DNA of 63,552 bases from positions 1 to 63,552 of the IMG/VR virus record IMGVR_UViG_3300037458_000177. One strand, given 5' to 3'. Made by a program: the position numbers and the translations under genes. The DNA comes from a virus. Taxonomy: Duplodnaviria; Caudoviricetes. The first letter of the stretch is position 1, and each line of letters begins with the position of its first letter. A model generated the notes under the pieces. That model made no database searches and had not been told where the DNA came from. It saw only the letters and a program-made list of their open reading frames with translations. Below, piece after piece: positions 8,973 through 18,995 of the stretch.

Positions 8973-9890
8973 TTATTCGTCCCCAATTTCAACGACGGTG
9001 CATAGGGGAGATACGTGGCAGCACTGAATCATGATTCGTGCAGTTGCCCCGCCATTGGGCCAAACACTAAAGTACGTACCATTAACATGCTCAAACTCAC
9101 CCATCTCAGAAGTAACTTCAAACGAGTAGGACTCGCCTGCTGCAATGGTCATTTGAGTACCTTCGGAACCAAACAGATCGCAAGACCCCGTATCAACAAG
9201 AACAGTAATCTTTTTTACTGCCAAGTGACTAGGTACATTTGTTATGTCGAAAGGACCAGATTCATTACCAAGCTGATAAAACAACAACTGTTCGCATGAA
9301 GGATACGCGCGAGGTTGCTGAATCAATTTTTGCGGTACTACTTCAAATCCGCCGGGGGCGTTGAAATAGCTATAGGTCACTACGCCGTTAGACGTATCGA
9401 CCACTGCTTCAACCCATGTATACTCACGGCGACTAGTATCATAGCACCAATGGCCTAGACGATCTCGGCTGCTTACGAGTGCGGGTGAGTTAAGATCACC
9501 TGTTACCGAACCGTTGAAGTGTGGATTATACGCCGGATAGTTATAGATCAACTTCGCATCAAGCAAAGCCTGATCTTCTGCCATGAAAACTACAAGAGCA
9601 GAACCATCCCCGCCAACAAACACTACGCGGTAAATACCCGTAATAAGCTCAATATACTCCATGTTATTCACACTGAGTCGAGCTACTTGTCCTTGCCGCA
9701 CAACAGGCGTCCATATTGCAGGGGATGCCCCCACAGCAGGACTAGTTTGTTTTTGGAGTTCTACATAATCAGTATCATAAATACCAGATGCAGTAATCCG
9801 TACACCACCTTCGGCGACTACAAATACGTTAGAAGGCGCCAATTCTGGATAGGCGGTATTTATAAGGAACGCACTTCGACCTGTTGCCAT
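8973..9890 (-). CDS. Putative tail/fibre-associated protein
   Basis: 305 aa, AGGAG RBS; N-terminal module shared with 3135..3494 and 9903..12908. Confidence 0.55.
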   Translation of the reverse strand: MATGRSAFLINTAYPELAPSNVFVVAEGGVRITASGIYDTDYVELQKQTSPAVGASPAIWTPVVRQGQVARLSVNNMEYIELITGIYRVVFVGGDGSALVVFMAEDQALLDAKLIYNYPAYNPHFNGSVTGDLNSPALVSSRDRLGHWCYDTSRREYTWVEAVVDTSNGVVTYSYFNAPGGFEVVPQKLIQQPRAYPSCEQLLFYQLGNESGPFDITNVPSHLAVKKITVLVDTGSCDLFGSEGTQMTIAAGESYSFEVTSEMGEFEHVNGTYFSVWPNGGATARIMIQCCHVSPLCTVVEIGDE

Positions 9891-9902
9891 GAATACTTCT
9901 CC

Positions 9903-12900
9903 TTATGCTATGCCAGCCCAAGAACCGCCGGATTTGTGGTATATCAAGGTTCCCGGCGATCCATCACTGCGCAGATAGAAGTCGCCGTTATTTCCGTTTA
10001 CGTCACTCGGAGCGCCCGTACCGGCCATAATACCCGCGCTACTCTGCATTGCCCCCGCATCTGTACCGGGGTAGATTTTAGCTGCGGTATTCAGCGTACT
10101 GTGATCGTCGTTACCGAGCGTGATGTTATTTGTAGCTGACTGATTCCTAGCTTGGTAGCCGATGGCAATACAATTATCTTGGTTTACCATCGCGATAAAC
10201 TGGAACGTACCTACTGCGCCCGCAGCAATCCCGCCACCTACATGGACAAGCGTAGTGTTGGATTGTGCATAGACAACGATGACATTTCCGCCGGGAAGAT
10301 TAGTCGGTGCGGAGCCACTAACTACGATGAACGTAACAACATGATACTCACCAACAGCAAGTGTATGTGTTGGGATCGTAATAGTCTGCGTTCCATTGAA
10401 CGCAGTACCAGTAAAGTTGGCAGAAATCGGAGCAGTAACTCCTGAACCGCCAGCTTGATTTCCAACAAATATGCTCTTTGTGGCTTTAGTCGTATAACCT
10501 GCGGCTAGACCAATAGCGACAGTATCTTCAAACGCAGCAGTTCGTCCCGAATACGTTCCGAGCGTAACCGAGGCAGCAGCGTACCCAATCGCTAGGCTTT
10601 CGAAGCCTATAATATCGGAATGCTTTACGTGTGCGCTAATTCCACTCTTTGCTCCGATGCACATTAACGGATTACTATTCGTAGGAATAGCTTCGCTAAC
10701 ATCGGATACTTTTGCTATATCAGTTACTGCTCCGTCATCGGGATTTGTAATTTCCGATATAGCAGGGGATACGGTCGTAAACTTACTGTTATCAAAAATA
10801 TAATTTTTGCTGGGCCACTTGGCAGAAGTAGCTGCTGAACTTCCCGCACAAAGAATAGCAACTATCGGGTCGTTAAAAACTTGACTAGTATACAGGCTGT
10901 TACCAGCACCTATTCCGATGCAATCGACATTCGGGCTTATTCCAGTATGGAGATTGCACAGATTAGAAGCAGCAAAGTGACCAACTGCGCTCACTGAAGC
11001 GGTACGCGAAGCATTACCTGCGTATGCACCGATAACGCTCATGCCGGAATTATTAGTCATTCGTGCACTAGCGCCTGCGTTATTACCGATAGCAAGCATC
11101 GGGAACGAAGAACTCGATCCGTCGTAAGTTAATGCCCCGAATGCATTTTCACCGATAGCCGTAACTACCGGGACAACCGTATGGACTCCTGAATTTAATA
11201 CACTAGAATATGTTCTACCGATAAGCACGCTACCATTTTCGTACCGACCTGCGCCAGAAATGGCACCCGAACCTATGCGAACAATAAAGGAACGGTTATC
11301 ATTCCCTGTACCGCTTCCGGCATTTGCATCTGTGCCGATAAAGATATTGCTCGGCCCAACAATATTCTGTCCAGCGTTCCGCCCGATTGAGACTACACTG
11401 CTACCGACAACCCCAGAACCGGCTCCGTGTCCAACAGAAGTTTGATTTGCGGCTAGAGCACCAGCACCTATACCAAGATGCGCGCATTGTTGGGCAGTAC
11501 GTGCATTTACGATGTGCCCAAGAACCGATGCAGTAATAACTAGATCGCCTGCGGTTTCTGCTTCTTCTTCAGCAGTAGTCGCGGCTTCAACCAGTACGCC
11601 CGGTGCACCAAGATTCAACACATTTTCTACGCTAGGATCAATGCGCAGATCGGCGGTTAGAATGCCCGCGCCGAGCGTCAGATCAATACTAAGCGTATCG
11701 GCGACACCAGTTACTGCACCAGCAGATGCAGTAGGTACGTATACGCCATTACCGCGCAGCTCAAGTGAGTTGCCGACATCGGGCGAACGAATCACTACGG
11801 AACTTAGTACACCAGCAGCAACCGTATGGTCAATAGTTGCGCTATCAACTGCCGACGTAATTGTTCCGGCAAAGCCAGCAGCATATAAGCCATTACCGAG
11901 AGCAGTAATAATATTACCAGCATTCGGGGAAATAATTACGTCAGAAGTAAGTACGCCTGCGGCAACCGTATGATCTACGGTGGCGGTATCCGCTGCGCTA
12001 GTAATTGTACCTGCGAATCCAGTAGCGTACAAGCCATTAGCGAGAATGCTAAGAGCATTGCCGGGATTCGGAGAGATGATTACGTCGGCAGAAAGAACAT
12101 TCGCAGCAAGCGTCAGATCGACACTGAGCGTATCGAGCACACTTGTCGGCACATCGATTGGATTGCCGTTCTGTGGACCCGGCACGTATACGCCGTTAGC
12201 GCGAAGCTCAAGAATCTGTCCGGCATCTGGCGAACGGATCACCACTGCGGAAAGAACATTCGCAGCAAGCGTCAAATCAATACTGGTTGTATCCAGTACC
12301 GACGTCGGGACCACAACAATGCTGCCGTTATCCGGCCCTTGCGCGAACATACCATTCGCGCGGAACTCAAGAATGTTATCCGCATCTGGGGAGAGGATAG
12401 CATCTGCGCGAATCGTTACATCACCGACGCCGGGGTCAGGCACAAGTGAGATATTGATAGTATTGCTATCAATCTCGTCGATAGACGTAACTACATTACC
12501 GCCGAAGCCAAGACCGCCATAGTAATCACCCCAATCATGGGAGACACTAAATGGGTATGCAAATGCCCGAATCGTACCAAGCCCACCGTTGGTAAGCCGC
12601 AGCACATATCGGCCGGCATAGAACAGAATAACGCTAGTCAAATCTTCGGTCAGGATAATTGCCTGACCGCGAATCGGCGTGAACGGAGTATAGACTGGGT
12701 TATTGTCGTAGTCTGATACGCAATCAATCGCTACACCTTGGCCGACCTGTACGCCGTGAACATGGACAACAACTGGTTCATTCCAAACTTCAAAAACTGG
12801 CGAGACTGTACTGCTACTACCAGCATCAAACAGCCGATATTCCTGACGATTCTGCGATAGTTGTGCAGCACCATCACGCTGTCTTGTACCACGGGGATTA

Positions 12901-12908
12901 AGCGCCAT
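9903..12908 (-). CDS. Long tail fibre/adhesin (1001 aa)
   Basis: Six ~42-aa shaft repeats, then YadA-like xxIGxxAG beta-roll repeats; C-terminal GAPSDVNGNNGDFYLRSD motif. Confidence 0.8.
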   Translation of the reverse strand: MALNPRGTRQRDGAAQLSQNRQEYRLFDAGSSSTVSPVFEVWNEPVVVHVHGVQVGQGVAIDCVSDYDNNPVYTPFTPIRGQAIILTEDLTSVILFYAGRYVLRLTNGGLGTIRAFAYPFSVSHDWGDYYGGLGFGGNVVTSIDEIDSNTINISLVPDPGVGDVTIRADAILSPDADNILEFRANGMFAQGPDNGSIVVVPTSVLDTTSIDLTLAANVLSAVVIRSPDAGQILELRANGVYVPGPQNGNPIDVPTSVLDTLSVDLTLAANVLSADVIISPNPGNALSILANGLYATGFAGTITSAADTATVDHTVAAGVLTSDVIISPNAGNIITALGNGLYAAGFAGTITSAVDSATIDHTVAAGVLSSVVIRSPDVGNSLELRGNGVYVPTASAGAVTGVADTLSIDLTLGAGILTADLRIDPSVENVLNLGAPGVLVEAATTAEEEAETAGDLVITASVLGHIVNARTAQQCAHLGIGAGALAANQTSVGHGAGSGVVGSSVVSIGRNAGQNIVGPSNIFIGTDANAGSGTGNDNRSFIVRIGSGAISGAGRYENGSVLIGRTYSSVLNSGVHTVVPVVTAIGENAFGALTYDGSSSSFPMLAIGNNAGASARMTNNSGMSVIGAYAGNASRTASVSAVGHFAASNLCNLHTGISPNVDCIGIGAGNSLYTSQVFNDPIVAILCAGSSAATSAKWPSKNYIFDNSKFTTVSPAISEITNPDDGAVTDIAKVSDVSEAIPTNSNPLMCIGAKSGISAHVKHSDIIGFESLAIGYAAASVTLGTYSGRTAAFEDTVAIGLAAGYTTKATKSIFVGNQAGGSGVTAPISANFTGTAFNGTQTITIPTHTLAVGEYHVVTFIVVSGSAPTNLPGGNVIVVYAQSNTTLVHVGGGIAAGAVGTFQFIAMVNQDNCIAIGYQARNQSATNNITLGNDDHSTLNTAAKIYPGTDAGAMQSSAGIMAGTGAPSDVNGNNGDFYLRSDGSPGTLIYHKSGGSWAGIA
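11580..12490 (-). repeat. Six degenerate ~42-codon tandem repeats in the long fibre gene (boundaries approximate)
   Basis: D(T/S)xx(I/V)DxTxAAxVLxxxVIxSPxxGNxLxxxxNGxY consensus; GAAAGAACATTCGCAGCAAGCGTCA occurs at ~12091 and ~12250. Confidence 0.85.
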
Positions 12909-13221
12909 TGGTATTTGACTCCAAGATTTTGTTAACTAGATCGGTCTGCTCTGCACAGAATTTAGATAGGCAAACACAAAGCTCGCGGTAGAAGCCAAAC
13001 GCTCGCGCGTCCTTTGGCGGCGGCCCCGGAATAGGATTGTGCCAGAACAGTGTGCGGCTTGTAAATAGGCCGGTTCCGTTTGTACGATATCCAATAACTC
13101 TATTGCCGAAATTAACGATGAACCTATTTTCAGCCGGAAGCAGTTTCTGCACTACGCCGGGACCATACACCAGATCATACACCTGATCTTCGGGAAAAAT
13201 CGGGGAGCCATCAAGATACAT
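12898..13221 (-). CDS. Hypothetical protein
   Basis: 107 aa between portal and fibre genes. Confidence 0.6.
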   Translation of the reverse strand: MYLDGSPIFPEDQVYDLVYGPGVVQKLLPAENRFIVNFGNRVIGYRTNGTGLFTSRTLFWHNPIPGPPPKDARAFGFYRELCVCLSKFCAEQTDLVNKILESNTNGA

Positions 13222-13223
13222 TT

Positions 13224-15251
13224 TTAGTTTCCTGCCATCGGCATATTAACTGGCTGCGGTAGCCGGGAAAGTTGATCGGGTGAAGTAGGCGGCATGCTTC
13301 TACCATCCAGCGGTGGCGGCGGTGTTCCCGGCATCGCATTAGGCTGCTGCGATGCCTGCTGGAATTTACCGAGTAACGATGCTATCGCACTGCCGCGTCT
13401 CGGATCTGGGATATACTTATCCACATCCGTACCGCGAGAGCGCAATACATCGCGTATCAGTTCTTGTACGCCTTCCTGTGGTATGAAGCTGACCAACGGA
13501 GTAAGCACCTGAATTAGTTCGACCGTTCTAGTCTGCGCCAACTCACGTTGCAGAATACCGCTTGAACCGCGAGCATGTACCTGCGCATCTACTTTCACTG
13601 ACTCATCTTCGCCGTACTTCATTTCGAGATTGTAGTACATAGTCACGACTGGGGTAATCACATCCGAATCTACGTTATGGATTACCTGCTTGATACCTTT
13701 GGCAGCATTGCCCATAAGCATAGACAGACCGCCCATCGTGCGACCTGCACCAGCAACTTGGGGATTACCAAGCACGTATGCAGGAATGCCGCTGATATCA
13801 TCGGCAATCTTCATGTAGTTTTCAGTAATACCTTGAAGTTCCGCAGCATGGCTATTGATACTTTGGAACCGGAACGCTGTCTCGGACGAACCCGCCATAG
13901 ACGGCTCGACCTGATACAATCTACCCGGTTCGATATTTCTGACGTCTGCTTCTTCTGCACTCAGGCGCGCGTAGTCAACTTCTCCGAACGGACCAGATGC
14001 AAACGCCATATTGCGTGCCAATGCTCGCGCTGCTGCATTCGCCATACGCTCAACAGATTCCAGAATATCTGGCAGTGCTTCGCCCCAGAACGATCCGTTA
14101 ACTTTCTTGAACGATGTAGCATGCAGCGGACGAACACCAAGAGGATGCGGATTCAGCACTGCATAGATCGTCATACCATCAACGACCCACACGACTGCTT
14201 CGTATGGTTTTTGCGGATCAGATACTAGAACACCAGCTTCCGTAAGAAGCTGGCCTTTGATCGATCCATAGTAAACTAGGCACTCAATATATTCTGAATT
14301 AGCGAGGATGTCATTCCGCTCTTTCAGTTCATCTTCTTCAGGATCGGTATTAACATCTATCCGCGTACCGCGATCTTGGAACTTATCCAACAGCTTACGG
14401 ATGTTCGCTTCTTTGAACGCCGGGATCGATAAACACTCATACAGGAATCCATACGTAATTCTCTTACGGAGAATAATGTACGTGCCATCTTGTGTTGTCG
14501 TGGAGTCATACGATGGGAACACATTGATCGGATCAATGCGCTCGGATTCACGAACCAGAGTTGTAGCGGTAGTAAGCTCATTCTTCTTCCACCGCAGACG
14601 TTCGCGGCTACGTACAATCGGCGACTCCATGATAGCAGTCGGATACGTAGACACGTCATCCAAGAATTTATAGAACTCTTCGAGCCAGCGACCTTCTAGC
14701 ATCTGGTCGCGGATCAAAAGCTCCATCTGCTTTGTTGCATCTTTCGCTTTTGCGACTACGTATTCTTGCGCAAGAGCTTTGAACTTTTTCGCTTCCTGCA
14801 CGATAGCAGGCATATCGCTGATCCCAAGCTGCGTAATCTCTTGCTTGAGATTCTGTATCGCAACTTCACGGATGTTATCCGGTATTTCGGGATTAGCAGT
14901 TGGGTCAAGCGTCCAAGGCTGCTCTTCTGCGTTTGCCAGAATGTCCGTCATCCAAGAGAGCGCCGCTCGGCACTTCAGATCAATGATCGGAATGTAGATA
15001 TTGGCAGATGACGCAACCAGATCAGCATCTTCTGGGTCATACTCACGTCGCCTACGACGTAGCGCACGAATAATGCGCTCGTCTACACCCGTAGTTTGGC
15101 GATTATCACGGGCATAGTTGAACGAAGTCTGCACATGCGAGGCAAGTGCGTCCTCTACGACCTCAATTTGGCTAAGTATTCGCTCTTGTAACTCAGTAGC
15201 CTTGGTAATATCTACCTGAGTTCGGGGCGTATATAGGTTATTTGGGATCAT
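13224..15251 (-). CDS. Portal protein
   Basis: 675 aa; SFWGEALPDIL...ARNMAFASGP, ADDISGIPAY...AGRTMGGLSMLM motifs of podovirus portals. Confidence 0.85.
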   Translation of the reverse strand: MIPNNLYTPRTQVDITKATELQERILSQIEVVEDALASHVQTSFNYARDNRQTTGVDERIIRALRRRRREYDPEDADLVASSANIYIPIIDLKCRAALSWMTDILANAEEQPWTLDPTANPEIPDNIREVAIQNLKQEITQLGISDMPAIVQEAKKFKALAQEYVVAKAKDATKQMELLIRDQMLEGRWLEEFYKFLDDVSTYPTAIMESPIVRSRERLRWKKNELTTATTLVRESERIDPINVFPSYDSTTTQDGTYIILRKRITYGFLYECLSIPAFKEANIRKLLDKFQDRGTRIDVNTDPEEDELKERNDILANSEYIECLVYYGSIKGQLLTEAGVLVSDPQKPYEAVVWVVDGMTIYAVLNPHPLGVRPLHATSFKKVNGSFWGEALPDILESVERMANAAARALARNMAFASGPFGEVDYARLSAEEADVRNIEPGRLYQVEPSMAGSSETAFRFQSINSHAAELQGITENYMKIADDISGIPAYVLGNPQVAGAGRTMGGLSMLMGNAAKGIKQVIHNVDSDVITPVVTMYYNLEMKYGEDESVKVDAQVHARGSSGILQRELAQTRTVELIQVLTPLVSFIPQEGVQELIRDVLRSRGTDVDKYIPDPRRGSAIASLLGKFQQASQQPNAMPGTPPPPLDGRSMPPTSPDQLSRLPQPVNMPMAGN

Positions 15252-15564
15252 TTATGCACGCCTCGGCCTGTTTAACCACGCTTGCTAGCTCAATTACGCA
15301 GGCATTGTACGCCTGTCCACCCAAAATAAACCCAGATTCTATATCTTTTGGGTCTATTTTACCCTCAGAATTCGGTACAAGTACGGGGTATGCAGGAGGA
15401 ATATTAACCTGAAGCGGGGGTTTTTTTGGTTCTATCGGCGGCAAATCGGGTTCTTGCTTCGTTTGCTTGTTGAACAGACTGCATGAGCAGATCAGAACGG
15501 TCAGCATCGACAAAGCAACTAGCCTGAGTAGGCGCGTTCCGCTGAAGTCGGGTGTAGGCTGCAT
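15238..15564 (-). CDS. Outer-membrane spanin (Rz1-like lipoprotein)
   Basis: Hydrophobic signal ending LICSC (lipobox-like), Pro-rich region; overlaps the i-spanin in another frame. Confidence 0.65.
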   Translation of the reverse strand: MQPTPDFSGTRLLRLVALSMLTVLICSCSLFNKQTKQEPDLPPIEPKKPPLQVNIPPAYPVLVPNSEGKIDPKDIESGFILGGQAYNACVIELASVVKQAEACINDPK

Positions 15565-15871
15565 AAAGATTCCTATATTTCTCAGTAGATTCTTCCACTT
15601 CCGCGTCACGGGCAACTATAATCTGCGTGATTTCCCCAACAGACTGGTTATACTTGTTGATTACTTCCGCATATGCAGCGTTCTGCTTTTCGAGTAGCGC
15701 GGCAATTGCTTGACTTTTGTCTCGCTCTACCGTCAATTCCAACTTCGTATACTTGGCATCCCAGATGAAGTTGGTGACGTATGCAGATACTGCGGCTGAT
15801 CCTATACTAGAGATCAGAATTAGGATCGGTAGGGTCTTTCCCTTTATTAGACCCAGAATTTTGAGCCACAT
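15404..15871 (-). CDS. Inner-membrane spanin (Rz-like)
   Basis: N-terminal TM segment, coiled-coil periplasmic region with late Cys. Confidence 0.65.
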   Translation of the reverse strand: MWLKILGLIKGKTLPILILISSIGSAAVSAYVTNFIWDAKYTKLELTVERDKSQAIAALLEKQNAAYAEVINKYNQSVGEITQIIVARDAEVEESTEKYRNLYAAYTRLQRNAPTQASCFVDADRSDLLMQSVQQANEARTRFAADRTKKTPASG

Positions 15872-16151
15872 TGTCGAGCCTCGCACGCATTATGGAGATG
15901 ATTGAGTTTGATGCATACCCACAGAAGAACGCAGTTATACCATTTAGCTGATCTATTTCATAAAGCCCGAGCGTCATTCCTGTTGTCAGCAGAACATTGA
16001 GCAGTAAATGGTATGGATACAGCTTTAAGTAAGAGATAACATTAAAATCATTATTCTTCGTTCGGTACTCTATGATCTTCTTAATTATGTGCGCTGTGAA
16101 ACCAAGAGCTACACATAAAATAAGGATCAGTGGGATATGCAAGTTGCCCAT
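15807..16151 (-). CDS. Putative holin
   Basis: 2-3 hydrophobic segments; immediately upstream of the spanin pair. Confidence 0.55.
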   Translation of the reverse strand: MGNLHIPLILILCVALGFTAHIIKKIIEYRTKNNDFNVISYLKLYPYHLLLNVLLTTGMTLGLYEIDQLNGITAFFCGYASNSIISIMRARLDNVAQNSGSNKGKDPTDPNSDL

Positions 16152-16158
16152 ACTCGCC

Positions 16159-16623
16159 CTATAGTTTCAACTCAAACTCATAGATATCAGGGTTGATTTC
16201 AAACTTCGGAACGAGGAGCCTATTTGCATACTTCGTCATCAGTTCTATCGCATCGGTAGCTGACTTGTGGCATGTCCAGTGCAGCGTGATGCAACCAGTA
16301 TTCATTGCTAGTTCTTTGTGGAACGCTTCTGCGACCCGTAGCGCGCTATAGAGTGTTACATCTGGATGATACACTCCGCAAATGATCCGAAGAATAAGTC
16401 CGACAACTTGTGTTAGCTGATAACTACCGATCGTACCATCTGGTTCTTCGTATATCCACAGGTCAATGCTGGGGTCAAGCAGCCTTTCGAGCATCATAGC
16501 AGTGAATTCGTCCAGAGTAAATGGCGTGGACGGGCATAATTTTACATGGTTAAGATGAAGAGGATAGATTCTAGCTATCTCTTCTGGAGTAGTGATTTTA
16601 TATAGTCTACCACCGGGCACCAT
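16159..16623 (-). CDS. Hypothetical protein (possible GNAT-like fold)
   Basis: Follows terL; weak resemblance (AEAFHKELAMNTGC) to phage GNAT-like proteins. Confidence 0.45.
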   Translation of the reverse strand: MVPGGRLYKITTPEEIARIYPLHLNHVKLCPSTPFTLDEFTAMMLERLLDPSIDLWIYEEPDGTIGSYQLTQVVGLILRIICGVYHPDVTLYSALRVAEAFHKELAMNTGCITLHWTCHKSATDAIELMTKYANRLLVPKFEINPDIYEFELKL

Positions 16624-16624
16624 T

Positions 16625-18100
16625 TTACGCATACTTCACCACCTTTTTCTCGTAGGGTTGACCATTAGCTTGTAGTATGCGAGCAACACGCCGCGAGGAT
16701 AGCTTCTGAGCACCGTAGCGCACGAACAGGCAGAGGTACTGGAGTGCGTCCATGACGTGCGAGTGCTCGTTCTTCTCAGGCATGGGCTTGTACTGCCCGC
16801 GACTCCCTATAAGACGCGCGTAAGCGTACTGTCCTAGCAGACCCTCGCGCATCATCGTCAGATCAGGCGACATCAGGAAGCCTTCGGTACGATTCAGGAA
16901 GTAATCCACTGCTTCTTTACGTGGAATGAAGCTATTCGTTATCGCAGGAACTGCTGGAAGATTTCTTTCTCGACATACATCGAACGGCGTACGCTTATCT
17001 AGGCCAGATCGCCCACGACCAGCAGGATCACCGACTATGAAGTATCTCATATTTTGGTAAGTGCTGTTCAACAGAGGCAGCACTAGGGAATCTAGGAATT
17101 CTTCCAAAGATACATCTGACGGCGTGAGTTCATCCAGTAGCCGTATGCCGCCTAGCGGTACTTGCTGGCCGAACACCGCTGCTGGCGTTAATCCCCAGTC
17201 AAGAGCTATGATAAGCGGGAGAGACTTATCGACTTTAAGTTTAGTTTTTGATACATGCAGACGAGTCTTGAAGTTGGGGAACACAGGCTTGCCATGCAAC
17301 GGCACGCCGTACTCGTTGCATACAACTCGTCGGATCGTATTGTGATCGCCGTTCGCAGACGCTACGATCTTCTCGTAGTAGTTATCCTCTAAGAAGCGAG
17401 TGTTCTCCGCTTCAGGATTCCGCTCGTATGTTTCGGTCTTTTCGTCGAACAGCATCGCTGGAGGCTGTACGAAGAACTTATATCCATCTGGCGTTTCATC
17501 TTCGGCATATCTATACCACCAATGCCGAGTAGATGGCGGGTTAGTATCGGCAATGATACCTGACCACGTAGCACCACCAAATACTATGTTTCCGTGCTCA
17601 TCCTCAATCTTGGCAGGATATCGGCCTACGCGCTGCGGTAGTGTAGTAAGAACTGCAAGATCAATTTCTGACGCTTCGTTGATATAAGCACCAGTATATT
17701 CCGTAGACAGAAGTTTGCCTACATCCTCGGGCGAATCGATTGCCATAAAGATAACTTCCATGTCTAGCATGGTGCCATCTTTTAGTTGTCGTTCGATCTT
17801 GCCGCGAATTGGGATGTCGAATACTAATGGGCAGATGGCGTTCGGGAACCAGTGCTGCCATGTTTTGATCGTAGACTGCTTCAGTTCTGGGTATGTATTA
17901 CGTATCACAACCATGCGTGTACGGCGTACATTCTCCCAAGGTTCCTGCTGGTGAGCACGTAATACAAGCTCCCACATGCACGCGCTAGATTTACCGGAGC
18001 CTACTGGCCCGCGTATCCCGCGAAAGTAGGAATTATCCTTGTGGAACTCCGCGCATGTAGGCGAAGCGTTATATCTAATTTGCTTGATGTTCGATGACAT
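16625..18100 (-). CDS. terL: Terminase large subunit
   Basis: Walker A GPVGSGKS, Walker B YINEASE, DTNPP, nuclease ALDWG, SHVMDALQY. Confidence 0.95.
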   Translation of the reverse strand: MSSNIKQIRYNASPTCAEFHKDNSYFRGIRGPVGSGKSSACMWELVLRAHQQEPWENVRRTRMVVIRNTYPELKQSTIKTWQHWFPNAICPLVFDIPIRGKIERQLKDGTMLDMEVIFMAIDSPEDVGKLLSTEYTGAYINEASEIDLAVLTTLPQRVGRYPAKIEDEHGNIVFGGATWSGIIADTNPPSTRHWWYRYAEDETPDGYKFFVQPPAMLFDEKTETYERNPEAENTRFLEDNYYEKIVASANGDHNTIRRVVCNEYGVPLHGKPVFPNFKTRLHVSKTKLKVDKSLPLIIALDWGLTPAAVFGQQVPLGGIRLLDELTPSDVSLEEFLDSLVLPLLNSTYQNMRYFIVGDPAGRGRSGLDKRTPFDVCRERNLPAVPAITNSFIPRKEAVDYFLNRTEGFLMSPDLTMMREGLLGQYAYARLIGSRGQYKPMPEKNEHSHVMDALQYLCLFVRYGAQKLSSRRVARILQANGQPYEKKVVKYA

Positions 18101-18557
18101 TTCGAGCTTTTCCGTTCGCCAGTTTTTCTGTCGGCACGTTGATCGCCGGTTGTGCAATATTTACAATCAGCTCGTACGAAGGCGCAATGTTACCGTCAAC
18201 CTTGATAGCATCGCCATACATACGCGGATTAAGTTTGGCAGCTAGCCAGCGATAGTGTTGTGAAAGCGCTTTGGCTTTATCGATCTCTTCTTTCTCTATT
18301 GCGGTACGCAAAGATTCGCTGGCAGCATCAACCAGAACTTCTGCGCCAATTCTGAGTGCTTCTTTCAGTTGCTGTTCTGTTACATGCTTCTGAAGAATTT
18401 CTTTAAGCTGTCTTTGGGACAGACTTAGAAATCTAGCTGCGGCGGATAGAGTGTATCCTTCTTGCACGCGCAAAAGAAAATCTTCGATCACGTCATGCGT
18501 AATCGCTTTTTGGTCGGGCCTTACATGAGGGCCGATAGTAAACCTAGTATATGCCAT
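18075..18557 (-). CDS. terS: Terminase small subunit (Sf6 gp1-like)
   Basis: N-terminal HTH-like segment, RWLAAKLNPRMYGD motif; upstream of terL. Confidence 0.8.
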   Translation of the reverse strand: MAYTRFTIGPHVRPDQKAITHDVIEDFLLRVQEGYTLSAAARFLSLSQRQLKEILQKHVTEQQLKEALRIGAEVLVDAASESLRTAIEKEEIDKAKALSQHYRWLAAKLNPRMYGDAIKVDGNIAPSYELIVNIAQPAINVPTEKLANGKARNVIEHQAN

Positions 18558-18586
18558 AAGGGATTAGTTGAAGTGGCGACGGCGCT

Positions 18587-18616
18587 AGTCTCGCACGAGA
18601 CTTTGGGGTATGTCAA
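18587..18616 (-). promoter_or_regulatory. Candidate late-operon promoter (TTGACA, weak -10 inside a palindrome)
   Basis: TTGACA at 18616-18611, ~55 nt upstream of terS; AGTCTCG-CA-CGAGACT inverted repeat over the -10 region. Confidence 0.45.
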
Positions 18617-18916
18617 GCGGAAGTCTGAGTCCAGACTAGATTTTTTAGGTTTTTGAAAAATTTTTTGTCTTTAGATTTTTCGGTGTTGGGAACTCAGTCC
18701 TGCATTTCTGTTTTTGCTAATGCGATGTAATGGTGCTTTTTTAGGTAGGCGGCAATTGGTCGTATTTTTTAGGTATCCGGTCATGGTTGAGCTATGGGGG
18801 GTGTGGGGGTACGGGGGGCCAGGCACACCGGGGTCTGGTCCCTACGGGGGGTGCCTATTCGCGCGCAAGGTATTATCTAAACTCGTATCCGTATTCATAC
18901 TTTTATTGCGGACAAT

Positions 18917-18941
18917 AAAAAAGGCCGCAATATGCGGCCTT
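18917..18941 (-). terminator. Rho-independent terminator
   Basis: GGCCGCA-TAT-TGCGGCC followed by T6 on the minus strand. Confidence 0.75.
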
Positions 18942-18995
18942 GGTCTTAATACCTAACGAATATATTATCTGCGATCCGATCCAATTAACAGGCAC

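Noticed and set aside
4028-12908. Diversity-generating retroelement acting on fibre genes
   Set aside because: No reverse transcriptase and no TR/VR pair seen; the terminal-overlap mismatches are not adenine-specific.
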